A DNA stretch of 60,901 bases, taken from the NCBI GenBank assembly GCA_016618085.1, contig JABLTG010000129.1, positions 1 through 60,901 on the forward strand, read 5' to 3'. A program made the translations under genes and the position numbers. Shown here piece after piece: positions 11,939 to 23,400 of the stretch. The stretch comes from Neovahlkampfia damariscottae. Lineage: Eukaryota. Under the pieces are notes generated by a model. It saw nothing but the letters and a program-made list of their open reading frames with translations. It was not told where the DNA came from and searched no databases. Position 1 is the stretch's first letter, and each line of letters starts with the position of its first letter.

Positions 11939-12163
11939 TTTGATTTTTGTAATTCACTTCTTTTGAACTTTCAGACCTTTCCATGATTTTTGTTGATGAT
12001 TATGAACAAAAAATCTGATCCACGAGAGTTTTTCAACCCAAAACCACACAATATATAAAAATATGTTGTACAGTGAGAATTTGTTTGTGAAATAGCTTCT
12101 GAATAGGAAATAAAATTTGTGTGGAAATTTGAAAAAATAAAACGAAACAAAAAATAAATAATT

Positions 12164-12411
12164 TTAATTACCCAACATAATTTCAAGAAATTCATCTAAT
12201 TGGATCTTACCATCTTTGTTTTTATCAGCACTTTCAATCATATTGTCAATCATTTCATCAGTAAATGAGAGGCCTTAAAGAGTTAGTTATCACTTTTCAA
12301 ACCCATTTTTTTTGTTCCTTTAGCTAGTTCTTCTTTATCAAGATAACCATTTCCATCTAAATCAAATTCTTTGAACAATTGTTTGTACTTTTCGATTTCT
12401 TCTTTTGACAT
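12164..12411 (-). CDS. Small two-EF-hand calcium-binding protein (copy 1, about 70 aa)
   Basis: MSKEEIEKYKQLFKEFDLDGNGYLDKEEL...ADKNKDGKIQLDEF. One 29-nt intron containing an ACTAAC branch-point-like motif. Absent from the ORF track. Confidence 0.88.
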
Positions 12412-12569
12412 TTTTGATTGGACTATTTTTCAACCAATCGCCTGCTTATAACTTTAAAACTCATCCAATTCGATTTCTTCAAAAAAAATGAGCAGTTAAC
12501 TCTTTTTTTTTCACTAAATTCAAACCTAAATTCAAATTTCCTTTCTACAATATAAAAAAATGAAAAAAT

Positions 12570-12825
12570 TTATTGTGACATCATGATAGCAATGAATTCA
12601 TCAAGTTGAATTTTTCCATCTTTATTTTTGTCTGCATCAATTAACATTTGATCAATAGTAGCATCATCAAAGTTTAACCCTAAACTTTTTGTTCCTGTAA
12701 TTTTGTTAATCCCAATTTAAAAAACTATCCAAACCTTTTTTTAATTCATCTTTATCAATGTATCCATTTTTATCAAGGTCAAAATCAGCGAACATTTCTT
12801 GGTATTTTTTTACTTCGTCAGACAT
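12570..12825 (-). CDS. Small two-EF-hand calcium-binding protein (copy 2, tandem paralogue)
   Basis: MSDEVKKYQEMFADFDLDKNGYIDKDEL...ADKNKDGKIQLDEF. One intron. Absent from the ORF track. Confidence 0.88.
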
Positions 12826-12992
12826 TTTTCTACTTTTTCTTTCTTACAAACGGTAAAAAAATTAGATGATTGGCTCGGACATTTATTTGAAAACCAATGA
12901 AATTTTTTTGTATCTGAATAAAATTAAATTGAAAAAAAAATCAAAAAACGTGAAAACACAATAAAAAAAAAATCAATTGTTTCTCAAAATTT

Positions 12993-13647
12993 TTATTTTT
13001 TTTCTTCTGTTTTGTGTGGTTTATAAAAACTTGTTTTCACTTCTCCGTATCCTTTCAAGATTTCAATAGTCCTTGTTAAAATTTCTTGTAATTTTGGAGA
13101 GTTTGCTTTTCCTGTCCACAATTGAAAAACATAATCCATTGGTCTTGCTGAAACTGTAACACCACAAATCATATCACCTTCAACAAGTTGATCATCATAT
13201 TGTTCTCCAATTACTGCTAAAAGGATATTTTCCCAACAATCTTTTGCTTCATTTTTGGCAATTCTAAAAGTCCATTCTCCACCTTTAAAAAAATTAAAAT
13301 TATTTCATAATCAAGTTTATACCATTTTCATTATGTTTATCTTCCCATATTGGTTTAATTGGTTCTTTGTTAATAACTTTCATCAAATGAAAACTTTCTT
13401 TTTTTTTTAAAGTTGAAAGTTGAGGCATTGAAGAATAATAAGACCAAAAATCTTGAATAAATCTAAATTCTCCAATTTCTTTCAATGAATCATTGATACC
13501 AGTTTCCCAGTTTTCTTTTGTTGTTACAGATTCAGACCAAAATCTCCATCTTGATTGTAATTTAAGGTTTTTTGGTGTTTTTTCACCATCCTTATCCATT
13601 TCTGGCTCAGGACTTGGAGTAAGCACTGGTTTGGTTGAGCTTGACAT
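12993..13647 (-). CDS. Translation initiation factor eIF4E family member
   Basis: LQSRWRFW, QDFWSYY, IKPIWEDKHNENGGEW, CWENILLAVIGEQ, ICGVTVS and FYKPH. One intron near 13284-13322. Confidence 0.92.
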
Positions 13648-13838
13648 TCTGTGTTGAAGAAGAAACGATCGGAAATTCTTAACCAATAAAAACCAACAAA
13701 ATAATTGTATTTGAAGGTTTGTTTTGGTCATTTTGAAATCAGCAGAAAATTCAAAAATTCTACTAGTTCAATCTTTAAATTGACATTAACTTTTTTATCC
13801 AATCATAATATTTTTTCAGTGAAAAAAACAAAAACATC

Positions 13839-16800
13839 ATGGTAAGAAATCATCAAAAGAATTAATTTTTCAAAGGGTGTTCCGTCATTTTACATTTGGT
13901 TATCCCAAAAGTTCCCAAATATTTCCATGAAAGCATATGAAGAAGGTGGTGATTTATCAAAACCAAACCCAAACAAAGTTGAATTTGATAATTTGTACCT
14001 TGATATGAATGGTAAACAAAAAATTAATTCATACTTTAAAGGTATTATTCATCCATGTGTTCATCCAACTGATAAACCGGCACCAAAAAATGAAGAAGAG
14101 ATGTTTGATGCAATTTTTAAATACTTGGACAAGATTTTTTCAATTGTTCGACCTAGAAAAGTTATTTATATGGCTTTGGATGGTGTGGCGCCGAGATCAA
14201 AGCAAAACCAACAAAGGTTTTTTTTTTTTTTTTTGTTAATTTTTCAACAGAGCCCGCAGATTCAAAAGTTGTAAAGATTCAGAGAAAATCCATGAGATTG
14301 AAGAAAAATTAGCAAAAGAGCATGGTATCACAAAGAAAAAAAATTCATTTGATTCAAATGTGATATCACCAGGGACTCAATTCATGGAAAAAGTATCTCA
14401 AGCACTTCAATATTTCATAACGTCCAAATTAACAAAGGAAAAAGCTTTTAAAGATGTTAAATTCATACTTTCAGATTCAAATGTTCCAGGTAAAGAAAAT
14501 ATTTTTGTTGTGTTAATTTTTAAACAGGTGAAGGAGAACATAAAGTATTGGAGTTCATTAGAACACAAAGATCACAAAAGGGATATGATCCAAATACAAA
14601 ACATTGTATGGTTGGATTAGATGCTGATTTGATATTTTTAGCATTAACAACTCACGAACCTTTCTTTTATATTTTACGTGAACAAATGTTCAATAAATCA
14701 AAATTTACCTTATATGAATTTCTCAAAATTGAAATTTTAAGGGAATATTTAAGAAAAGAATTTCAAGAATTACCGAATGTTGAACGTTCAATTGATGATT
14801 TTGTGTTCATGTGCATGTTGGTTGGTAATGATTTTCTTCCACGACTTCCAAGTTTAGATATTCAAGAAGGTTCAATTGACACTTTAATTTCCACATATAA
14901 AATGAATTTTACCAAAATGGGAGGTTATATTTGTGATTCAGGTGAAATTGATTTACAAAGATTTGATTTGTTCATTTCAAAAATAGGTCAAATGGAGGAA
15001 TTCATTTTTCAAACAAAACTAAAAAGAGATGATTATAGAAGAGAAGAAAAAATGAAAAATAAATTAGAATCACAAAAAAAATCAGATGAAGAAGATATAG
15101 ATAATGAAGATGAAGATATTGAAACCGAAGAAGAAATTGAAAAACCGATTGAAATCAAAAAAGAAAAGATCGTAAAAAAAACAAAGGAAGAAGAAAAACC
15201 AAAAGTTGTTTATGTGACGAATTTTCCTAATGAAACAACCATTGATGAATTGGAAAAATATTTTTTCAAAGCTGGAAATGTTGTTGGAATCAATATTAAG
15301 AAACATAAGTTCTCAGACTCCAGTAATCCAAAATATCATTTTAACAATATTTAAAAGAATATGCTTTTGTCACTTTTTCAACTGTTCTTGAAGCTGAAGA
15401 TGCAGTTAAGTTGAAAGATGAAATTCAATTGAATGGTTCTACTTTAACAATTGATCCAGTTAGAGCTAAAAAACCAAGAAAAGAAAAACCTGAAGCATTT
15501 GTAGGAGGATTTCCTCTTGATGTGACCAAAGAAGATTTAGCAGAAAAATTCGCTTCTTGTGGTGAAATTGAAACAATTTCTCTTCCAGATGTTGATCATA
15601 AAGGATTCACATTCATTTTATTCAAAACACAAGAAGGTGTTGAAAATGCATTGAAACTCAATGGAACTGAATGGAAATCATGTACATTAACTATAAATAT
15701 GTCTTATGAAAAAAAATTAAAATCAACAAAATATCAAAGAGATTTGAAGAAACAAATGAGAAAATTACAAAAAGTTAATGAAGAAGATCATCCTGATGAT
15801 GTTCGTTTAGGTGATGAATCAGGTGAAGGATGGAGAAATAGATACTATAAACGTAATTTTAAAGATGAAAAAATTGATAATATTTCACAATCTTATATTG
15901 AGGGATTATGTTGGGTTTCAAAATATTATTTTCAAGGACATGTTTCATGGTCATGGTATTATAAATATAATTATGCACCTTTTGCATCTGATTTAGTTGG
16001 TTGTAAAAATAATTCAATTTCATTTGAATTATCAAAACCGTTTAATCCATTCACACAATTGTTGGCTATTTTACCTTCAAAATCTGCTCATGCATTACCA
16101 AAATCATATCAGACTTTAATGACTTCAAAAGATTCACCAATTATTGATTTTTATCCAGATGATTTTGAAGTTGATTTAGTTGGAAAAAAACTTGATTACA
16201 AAGGTGTCATTTTACTTCCTTTTATTGATGAAAAAAGGTTATTGGCAGAAACTGAAAAAATTGAATCCACATTAACAGAAGAAGAAAAAAAAAGAAATTC
16301 AATTGGAAAGAATTTATTATTCATTTCTGAAATTAATTTAATGGTGAAAACATTAATCAAAAATGAATTTACTGAAATTGATCATTCATTGGCTGATGGT
16401 TTCTTTGGATCTGTTAAACCATTAAAATCTAAAATTGATTTTGAATCACCATTTAAAATTCATTTATCAGATAAATACAAAAATATTCAAAAAAATCAAA
16501 GTATCATTTTGGAGTACATTTACCCAAAATATGAAAAACATATTTGTGATTTATTACCAGGTGTTGATTTAAAAAATGCAGAATTATCACCAAATTCACC
16601 ATTTTTGTTTTCTTTTCCTTTAGATGAATTTTCACCTGTCAGTTTGGAGAAATCACCAATTAGTGCAATTAGTGATAAAACAAGAAAAAATTTTCCATCA
16701 ACAAATGGAATATCAAATAGTCCAACAACTTTAAAATCTATTTCAAATTCATCAGATTTAGAGTTTAGAGTGATGGAATTAGAAAAAGAATTAGAAAAAG

Positions 16801-16919
16801 AAAGAGAAGAAAGATTATTACTTGAAAATCAATTAAATCAACAAGATATTTTGGTTAATAGAAGATTAGATAAAATGCAAAAAATTATTAATCAATTATC
16901 AAAATCTTTGGAAGAATAA
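13839..16919 (+). CDS. XRN-family 5'-3' exoribonuclease (XRN2/Rat1-like) with two RRM domains inserted between conserved regions 1 and 2
   Basis: MGVPSFYIWL, FDNLYLDMNGIIHPC, ALDGVAPRSK, NVISPGT, GEGEHK, GLDADLIFLAL, VGNDFLP, YIEGLCWV.KYY and PFTQLLAILP. RRM motifs: VYVTNFP...KYAFVTF and AFVGGFP...KGFTFILF. Confidence 0.93.
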
Positions 16920-16985
16920 AAATTTTTTTGAAGTTTTTTTTTATTGGTTGTTTTTTTATTTTCAAATCTCAACTGAAGTCAAAAA

Positions 16986-18460
16986 ATGGTTTCAGAGAAA
17001 GAAATTGATACAACAGGTAAATACAAAACTCCAATTAAAAATGAAAAGTTCTAAAATTTGTTGACAATGTTAGAAGAAAGTAGAAGAAAAAAAAAAAAAA
17101 AATTAAATTTTCAAAGACGACATGAGTACGTTGGTCGATTTTCAATTGCCAAAAAAACAGCAGAGTTATTGAGAATATTTGTCTCAAAAATGAAAAAAGA
17201 CAATAAAACATCAGGTATAAGGCGTTACTTTTTTTAAAATAATTCATAGACGTTATAAGATTAATTAGAAGAGTTGGATCACTTTCAAAAGATGAATTAC
17301 CTTCAGAATTAGTAATTGGAAATATAGTCAGAAGAGTTTTATTTGTAATAAGAGACGAATATGCAAGAATTGCAAAGAAAAAAGCACTCAATTTATCATC
17401 AGATGCAATTGATGAAATGGAAGTACAACATCAAAGAAATTTAGTTTCACTTTTAGATGATGAAAGAGAAGAAAATTTTTCAAACACTTTTGGAAGTAAA
17501 AAACAACAAAATTTAAAACTCAAAATCTAGAAATAAAACCAATTGTTATGGATGCAATAAATGATTTAATAGATGAATTAGAAGATGTATATGAGAGATT
17601 AACTGATAATGTCACTGATTTAGTTCAAGACAAGTAAAAAAAAAAAAAAAATGTTTTTTAACATTTTAACAAGTGAAATTATTTTGGTATTGATTTTAAT
17701 TTTAATTTTTTATGTTTAGACTTATGGTCATTCCAAAAGTGTTGAATCCTTCATTATTGGAGCTTCAAAAGAAAGAAAAATTCAAGTTATAATTACAGAA
17801 AATCCACCTTCATTTAATGGACATTCAATGGCAAAAATATTGAGTTCAAAAGGTATAAACTGTTCAATAATATCAGATAGTGCTGTATTCAGGTTCAAAA
17901 CAAAAAAAAAAAAAAATTAAATTTTTTTACCACAGTATTATGCCAAGAGTTCATAAAGTAATTGTTGGTGCATGTGCTGTTGTAGCAAATGGAGGTTTAA
18001 TTACACAATGTGGTGTTAATGCAGTTGCTTTAGCAGCTAATTATTTTAATGTTCCTTTTGTAGTTACAGTTGGTTTATATAAATTAACACCACATTATTC
18101 AATTGATCAAGATTCTTTGAATAATTTTTTGAATCCAAATGAAGTACTTCCTTTTGAATATAGTTCAAAATTAAAAAATGTTCAAGTAATTCAACCTGAA
18201 TATGATTATGTACCTCCAAGTTTTGTTTCGTTATTTGTATTAAATGATAAATATGGAACAAGAGATACAAGTTATATTTATCGTTTATTAACAGGTATTA
18301 TTGTTTTTTTTATCGTTTTAATTCTTCAAAAGATTATTATCATCCTTTAGATTATAATTTGAAAGATGAAGATAAAACTATTGAAGAAACTATTGAAGAA
18401 TCAGATGATTTTGATACTGATGAAGATATTGATGAAGATGATGTTGTTTTAATTGAATAA
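16986..18460 (+). CDS. EIF2B2: Translation initiation factor eIF2B beta subunit
   Basis: PSELVIGNIVRRVLFVIRDEY, NEIILTYGHSKSVE, IMPRVHKVIVGA.AVVANGGL, GLYKLTP, PEYDYVPP and YIYRLLTDYY. Many short introns. Confidence 0.9.
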
Positions 18461-18534
18461 ATTAAATTTTAAAAAAATAACCGTTTTATTTTTTCAAACC
18501 AATCAAAAAGTAGTTTTGTTTTTTTTTTTGAATC

Positions 18535-19289
18535 ATGAGTTCACAAGAGAATAACGATACACAAATGAAAAAATTACTTTCACTTAAAGATATAGGTAGA
18601 AAAAGAGCAGCTACACAAACACAAATGGAAACACCAGCTGGGATTTTAGTTAAGGCTCCTTCTGAGGAGTTTTTAGATACTATTGAAACAAAACAAATAA
18701 TGAATCCATTGAATTTAGGATTTAGAAGTAATGGTACATCATCTGGAAATAATTCATTGAATAATTCAACAAATCACCTTTTTTCTCAATCTTTCAAAAG
18801 ACAATCAGTAAAATTACCAAATTTAAGAAATCATACAATTGAAACACAAAAAAATGTTTATAAACCAAATATAACTTCTACAGAATTGAAAAAAATAATC
18901 AAAGAAAATGATAATACAGACACTGAAAATGTAAAAAAAAAAATATATATTTTAACTTTCAGATGGACAAAACAGTTGATCAACTTGAATATTATGAAAA
19001 TAAGTTATTAGAAGAACAGACAAAGTATACTAAATTAATTAAAGTTTTGAAAATGTACACTGAAGTTAGTGAAAAAGATGCAATTGAATATCAAACAACT
19101 AATTTCTTTTATCAAAAATTGAATCAAGAATTAAATGAAAGAGAGAAAGAAGTTGAAGTTTTATCTAATCAATTAAAATCAGTTAAAGAAGATGTAAATA
19201 TTTTGAAAAAAGAAAATGAACAATTGAGGAATATTATGACTCATTTAAAGTCACAAGGATCACAAAATAAAAAATGTAATATTCTGTGA
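18535..19289 (+). CDS. Coiled-coil protein with a C-terminal CaaX prenylation motif (KKCNIL)
   Basis: Two ORFs joined by a short intron (about 18931-18962); heptad-rich C-terminal half; ends CNIL-stop. Confidence 0.7.
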
Positions 19290-19405
19290 TTGATATAAAC
19301 TAGAAAGAGAATAAAGTTAAAGTTTGTCAAGAAACTAGAAATGTTGAAAAGTCAAATAAATTTGTTGATTTTATTGGTCAATTGTTTTTGTTTTTAAATG
19401 CAGAC

Positions 19406-20096
19406 ATGAGTAATGAAATTGAAATAAAAATAAAAAATATGAACACAAAACAATGTTCAGAATGTTTAAAAGAAATTATAAAATATTTCCTTTTTAATAA
19501 AAATCAAATACCAACGTATCATCAATAAAACAAAATTTAAACATTTTAAAAGTTATGATTTTGAAGAACTGGCAGAAATAAAATATAAAGTTGATGAATT
19601 AAAAGAAAATAAAAAAAGAATTTCTTTAAAGAACAAAATTATTTCAAAGACTTATGAGGATTTACAAAATTTATTTCAACAAATTGAAAATGTATTTTTA
19701 AATAATGAAAACAAACAAGAGTTATCTTTTGGTTTATATTTTGGTAGTATTTTAAAACCAATTGAAATAATTTACTTAAAATTTCATCAAAATTCAAAAA
19801 ATGAAGATGTTAAAAATGCAATCAAAATAATTTTAAGGAATTTAATAACAAATCAACAAATATTTGAATCAAATCTCAGTAAAAATAATTAAATAATTAA
19901 TAACAATTTAGATATAACAAAACTCTTTTTTCTATTTCAGGTTGAAGAAGGATGTGAATATGAAAATTTTTATCCAAAATCAATCAAAAAAATTGATAAA
20001 GAATATTTTATTCAAATTGGAGAATCAAAAGAAAATGAAGATGAAAAAATTAAAATTTGGTTAATTTCAAAATTTTCAATTCAGGGATATAAATAA
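19406..20096 (+). CDS. MAD2L1BP: p31comet/MAD2L1BP-like HORMA-domain protein
   Basis: Splicing two introns gives CSECLKEIIKYFLFNKNQIPTY, FGSILKPIEIIY, ILRNLI, TKLFFLF, FYPK and IWL...IQGYK, the motif order of the p31comet family. Absent from the ORF track. Confidence 0.72.
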
Positions 20097-20169
20097 AATG
20101 ATCATTTTTAAAATGAACAAACAATAATCGTTTATTCTTATAATAAAATACCTGATCATTGGAATAATA

Positions 20170-21512
20170 CTATTGATTATTTTGATTATTAAATTGATTA
20201 AAAAATGAATTCAAATGATCTTGTGTAATAGGTCCTCCTGATGAAGCACTACCAGGTGTATTTGGATTTGAAATATTTGTATTTGATAATGCATTCATTA
20301 ATTGTTCATTTGTAATAGTTGAATCACCACCACCACCTGTTAAACTGTTTGTTGTTACAGGTGTTGTTACAGTTGGTTGTTGAACTTCTTCTTCTTCTTC
20401 TTCTTCATCCATTGTAAAATTTTCACCTGTTGGATTATAAAAATTCTTCAATTGTTGTTTTGTAAGAGTTCTAATAATTTTTGAATTACTATTTAAATCT
20501 TTTTGTAATTCTTTGTTGTTTAATATTTCTTTTGCTTTTTCATAATCTAAACTTTTACAAGAATGAGAACCTTCACCTGCACCACAATCACAATAAAAAC
20601 TTGAAACAGATCTTTCAACTAAATTATGTCCTTTATGACATGTTTTAGCACATGATTCACAACATCCCTTATGTTCAACTAAATCACAATCTTTACAAAA
20701 ATACCATTTTTGTTGAGTGAAAGTAGGTCCTGTTACACAAAATGTACAAACATTTAACTTTACTGCTTCTTTAATTTGTCTCATTTTTAATGATTCAACT
20801 TGATAAATATTCTTTCCTGTTACAATTTGATAAATAGCAATAAATTGATTTAAAGTCAATTCAGCATCTATATATGGATCATCTATATGTGCTAATAACC
20901 TTTTTTAAAAAAATGAATTTTAATGATTACTCTTCTTACCAATCCATTGCATAGTTCAAATCTAAACGATTTAAGATTAAAGCTTTTTTTGAACGATGTT
21001 CTGAAAAACCCATTGATACTAAACTTGCTATTTTTAATTCATCAATTGGAAAATCTTTAAGTCTATTTTGTTTTAATTTTTTTTTTTTTTTTTTACTTTG
21101 GAATTACAACTTCAACTTTTGGTGGAAGATCATGTTCTGGTTGTTGAAAAGGATTTGAATTCTGAATCTTTAAGGCATTCTTTTTTTGTTCTAATCTTGT
21201 TTTTTCATCTAATAATTTTTCTTCTTGTTCTTTTTTGTATTGTTTCAAGTCGTTTTCATTTAAATATCTTTGATTAATTGAATCCATTTTAATCAATAGA
21301 ATTAAATAATTTGAATCTTGAATTTTATAATCTTCAATTGTTTTATCATTTTCTAATGTTTTTCCTTTAAAAACTAGGGTTTGAAGTTCATAGACGTAAA
21401 ATTTTTCTTTTTCGATTCTTTTTTTTATTTCTGAGATTTTTTCACTTGTTTTTACCACAAAATCAAAAGTTCCATGAAGAACTGTTCCAATCTTTACTTT
21501 TAAACTGGTCAT
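20170..21512 (-). CDS. Ubiquitin-like, UBA and UBR-box zinc-finger protein
   Basis: N-terminal UBL (QTLVFKGKTLENDKTIEDYKI), UBA (LVSMGFSEHRSKKAL...AMDWLLAH) and UBR-type finger (CTF...QKWYFCKDC...CCESCAKTCHKGH...FYCDCG). Confidence 0.85.
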
Positions 21513-21630
21513 CTTCGTTCCTTCAATAAAAATTTGTTTATCCAATCAACATTCTGTTTATTTTTAGTTTCAAAAAAAAAAAAAAAAGAAAATTCCGAAG
21601 AAAAAAAGAATAATAAATTTCCGAAATACT

Positions 21631-23209
21631 TTATTTTGATTTAATTTTTGAAGAATGAAATTTTAAATTACAAATTTCTCCTGCTTCGCTAATAGCATTT
21701 AAACCATAATCGAGATCTTCTCTGGTGTGAGCAGCGCTTAAACAAAATCTTGCTCTTGATCCAATAATATCTGTTGCAGGTGAACCAACAACAACAACAC
21801 CAACACCTCTTCTAAAACATTCTCTTGAAAATGCACTAATAGCAGCAGGATAATAAATGGATAAACAAACAACAGGTGATCCTTCATCTCCAATTACATT
21901 AAATCCTAATTCAATTAATCTTTTTCTAAAATAAATTGAATTTTCTTTTAATTGTTTTAATTTTTGTTTTCCAATATTTGAACCATCTTTTCCTTCAATA
22001 ACATCAAGTGCTCCAATAATTTGTTGCATACAAACTGGTGACATTGATGCACAATAAAATTGTGATAAACCTTTTGCTCTTAAATAGGAAATTAATTTTT
22101 TTGATCCTGCAATATAACCTCCAACAGAACCAAATGATTTTGTAAATGTACCCATTAAAATATCAATATCTTTTGGATTTACACCTGCAAAATCACAAAT
22201 ACCTTTTCCATTTGGTCCAAGTGCTCCAATTGAATGTGCTTCATCAACATACAAATAACACTTATATTTCTTTTTAATTTCAACAATTTCTTTTAATGGA
22301 CAAATTTCACCTTCCATTGAATAAATTCCTTCAACAATAATGATAATTTTTTTCCATGGTCTTCTTGTTTTTGGTTGTCCTGTAATAATTGCACTTCTAA
22401 TAATTTTTTCAAGACCTTTAAAATTGTTATGTGGAAAAACAACAACTTTGGCACCTGATGATCTTGCTCCAAAAACAATTGAAGAATGATTTTCTGAGTC
22501 ACTAACAATTAATGTTCCTTTTTCACAAACTGATGGAATTAAAGTTGCATTTGTGGCAAAACCCTAATAATGTATTGTTTTTAAAATTATTTGTTTTTTT
22601 ACCATTGCTGTGATAATAGCATCATCATGACCAACAAAATCAGCTACTCTTTTTTCTAATTCTTTATGAACTTCATATGTACCATAATCAAAACGATTAG
22701 TTGATAATCCAACACCATATTTTTTTAAACAATCTTGAACTTGTTTTTGAACATATTCTGGATTTTCAGCGAAACCTAAATAATTGTATGATCCAAGATT
22801 AAGACAATGAAGTGTTTTGTCAGTGACACTATGATTAAAAGTTTGAATAATTTTTTTTTTGCAAAGTTTACGTTTCAGTAATGTTATAGTCTTTTGATTC
22901 ACGTATCATTACATCAAACCAAGATGAAGCACATGAAGAAATTGGTCTATTCCAAGAGTCTTTAATTCTTGTATAGAGTCTTCTTGCATAAAAGTCTTCA
23001 AAATCTTTTAGTAAAGGAGCGTAGCCTTTCTTGGTTTCTGCTTTAATTTTTCCAAAGTATCTGTCGTAGTAATCTCTGTTCAAAAAAAAAGAATTAATAT
23101 TTTTATTGAATTTAACAACAAACCTGATATGTCCCATTGCAATAAGAATGGCATAATCAAAATAAACTACGAATGCTACAAACCATGAAACTGGACGTGA
23201 AACAGCCAT
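21631..23209 (-). CDS. LCB2: Serine palmitoyltransferase catalytic subunit (LCB2/SPTLC2)
   Basis: FEDFYARRLYTRIKDSWNRPI, NLGSYNYLGFA, YVDEAHSIGALG, the PLP-lysine motif GTFTKSFG and RARFCLSAAHT. Confidence 0.95.
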
Positions 23210-23400
23210 GACTCTGCAATTTTGTTTCGGTTAGAATTCAAGTCAAAGACTATTGGATAAAATTTTGTTCAGAAAACTTCTATTTTTCCGATTTTTATTG
23301 TCATCCTAAATTCAAAATAAAATGCATTTTTCTTCTGTTTAAAATGGAGGAATTTTTCTGACCAATCGATTCCTGTTTTGCATCCAAATAAATTTTCACA

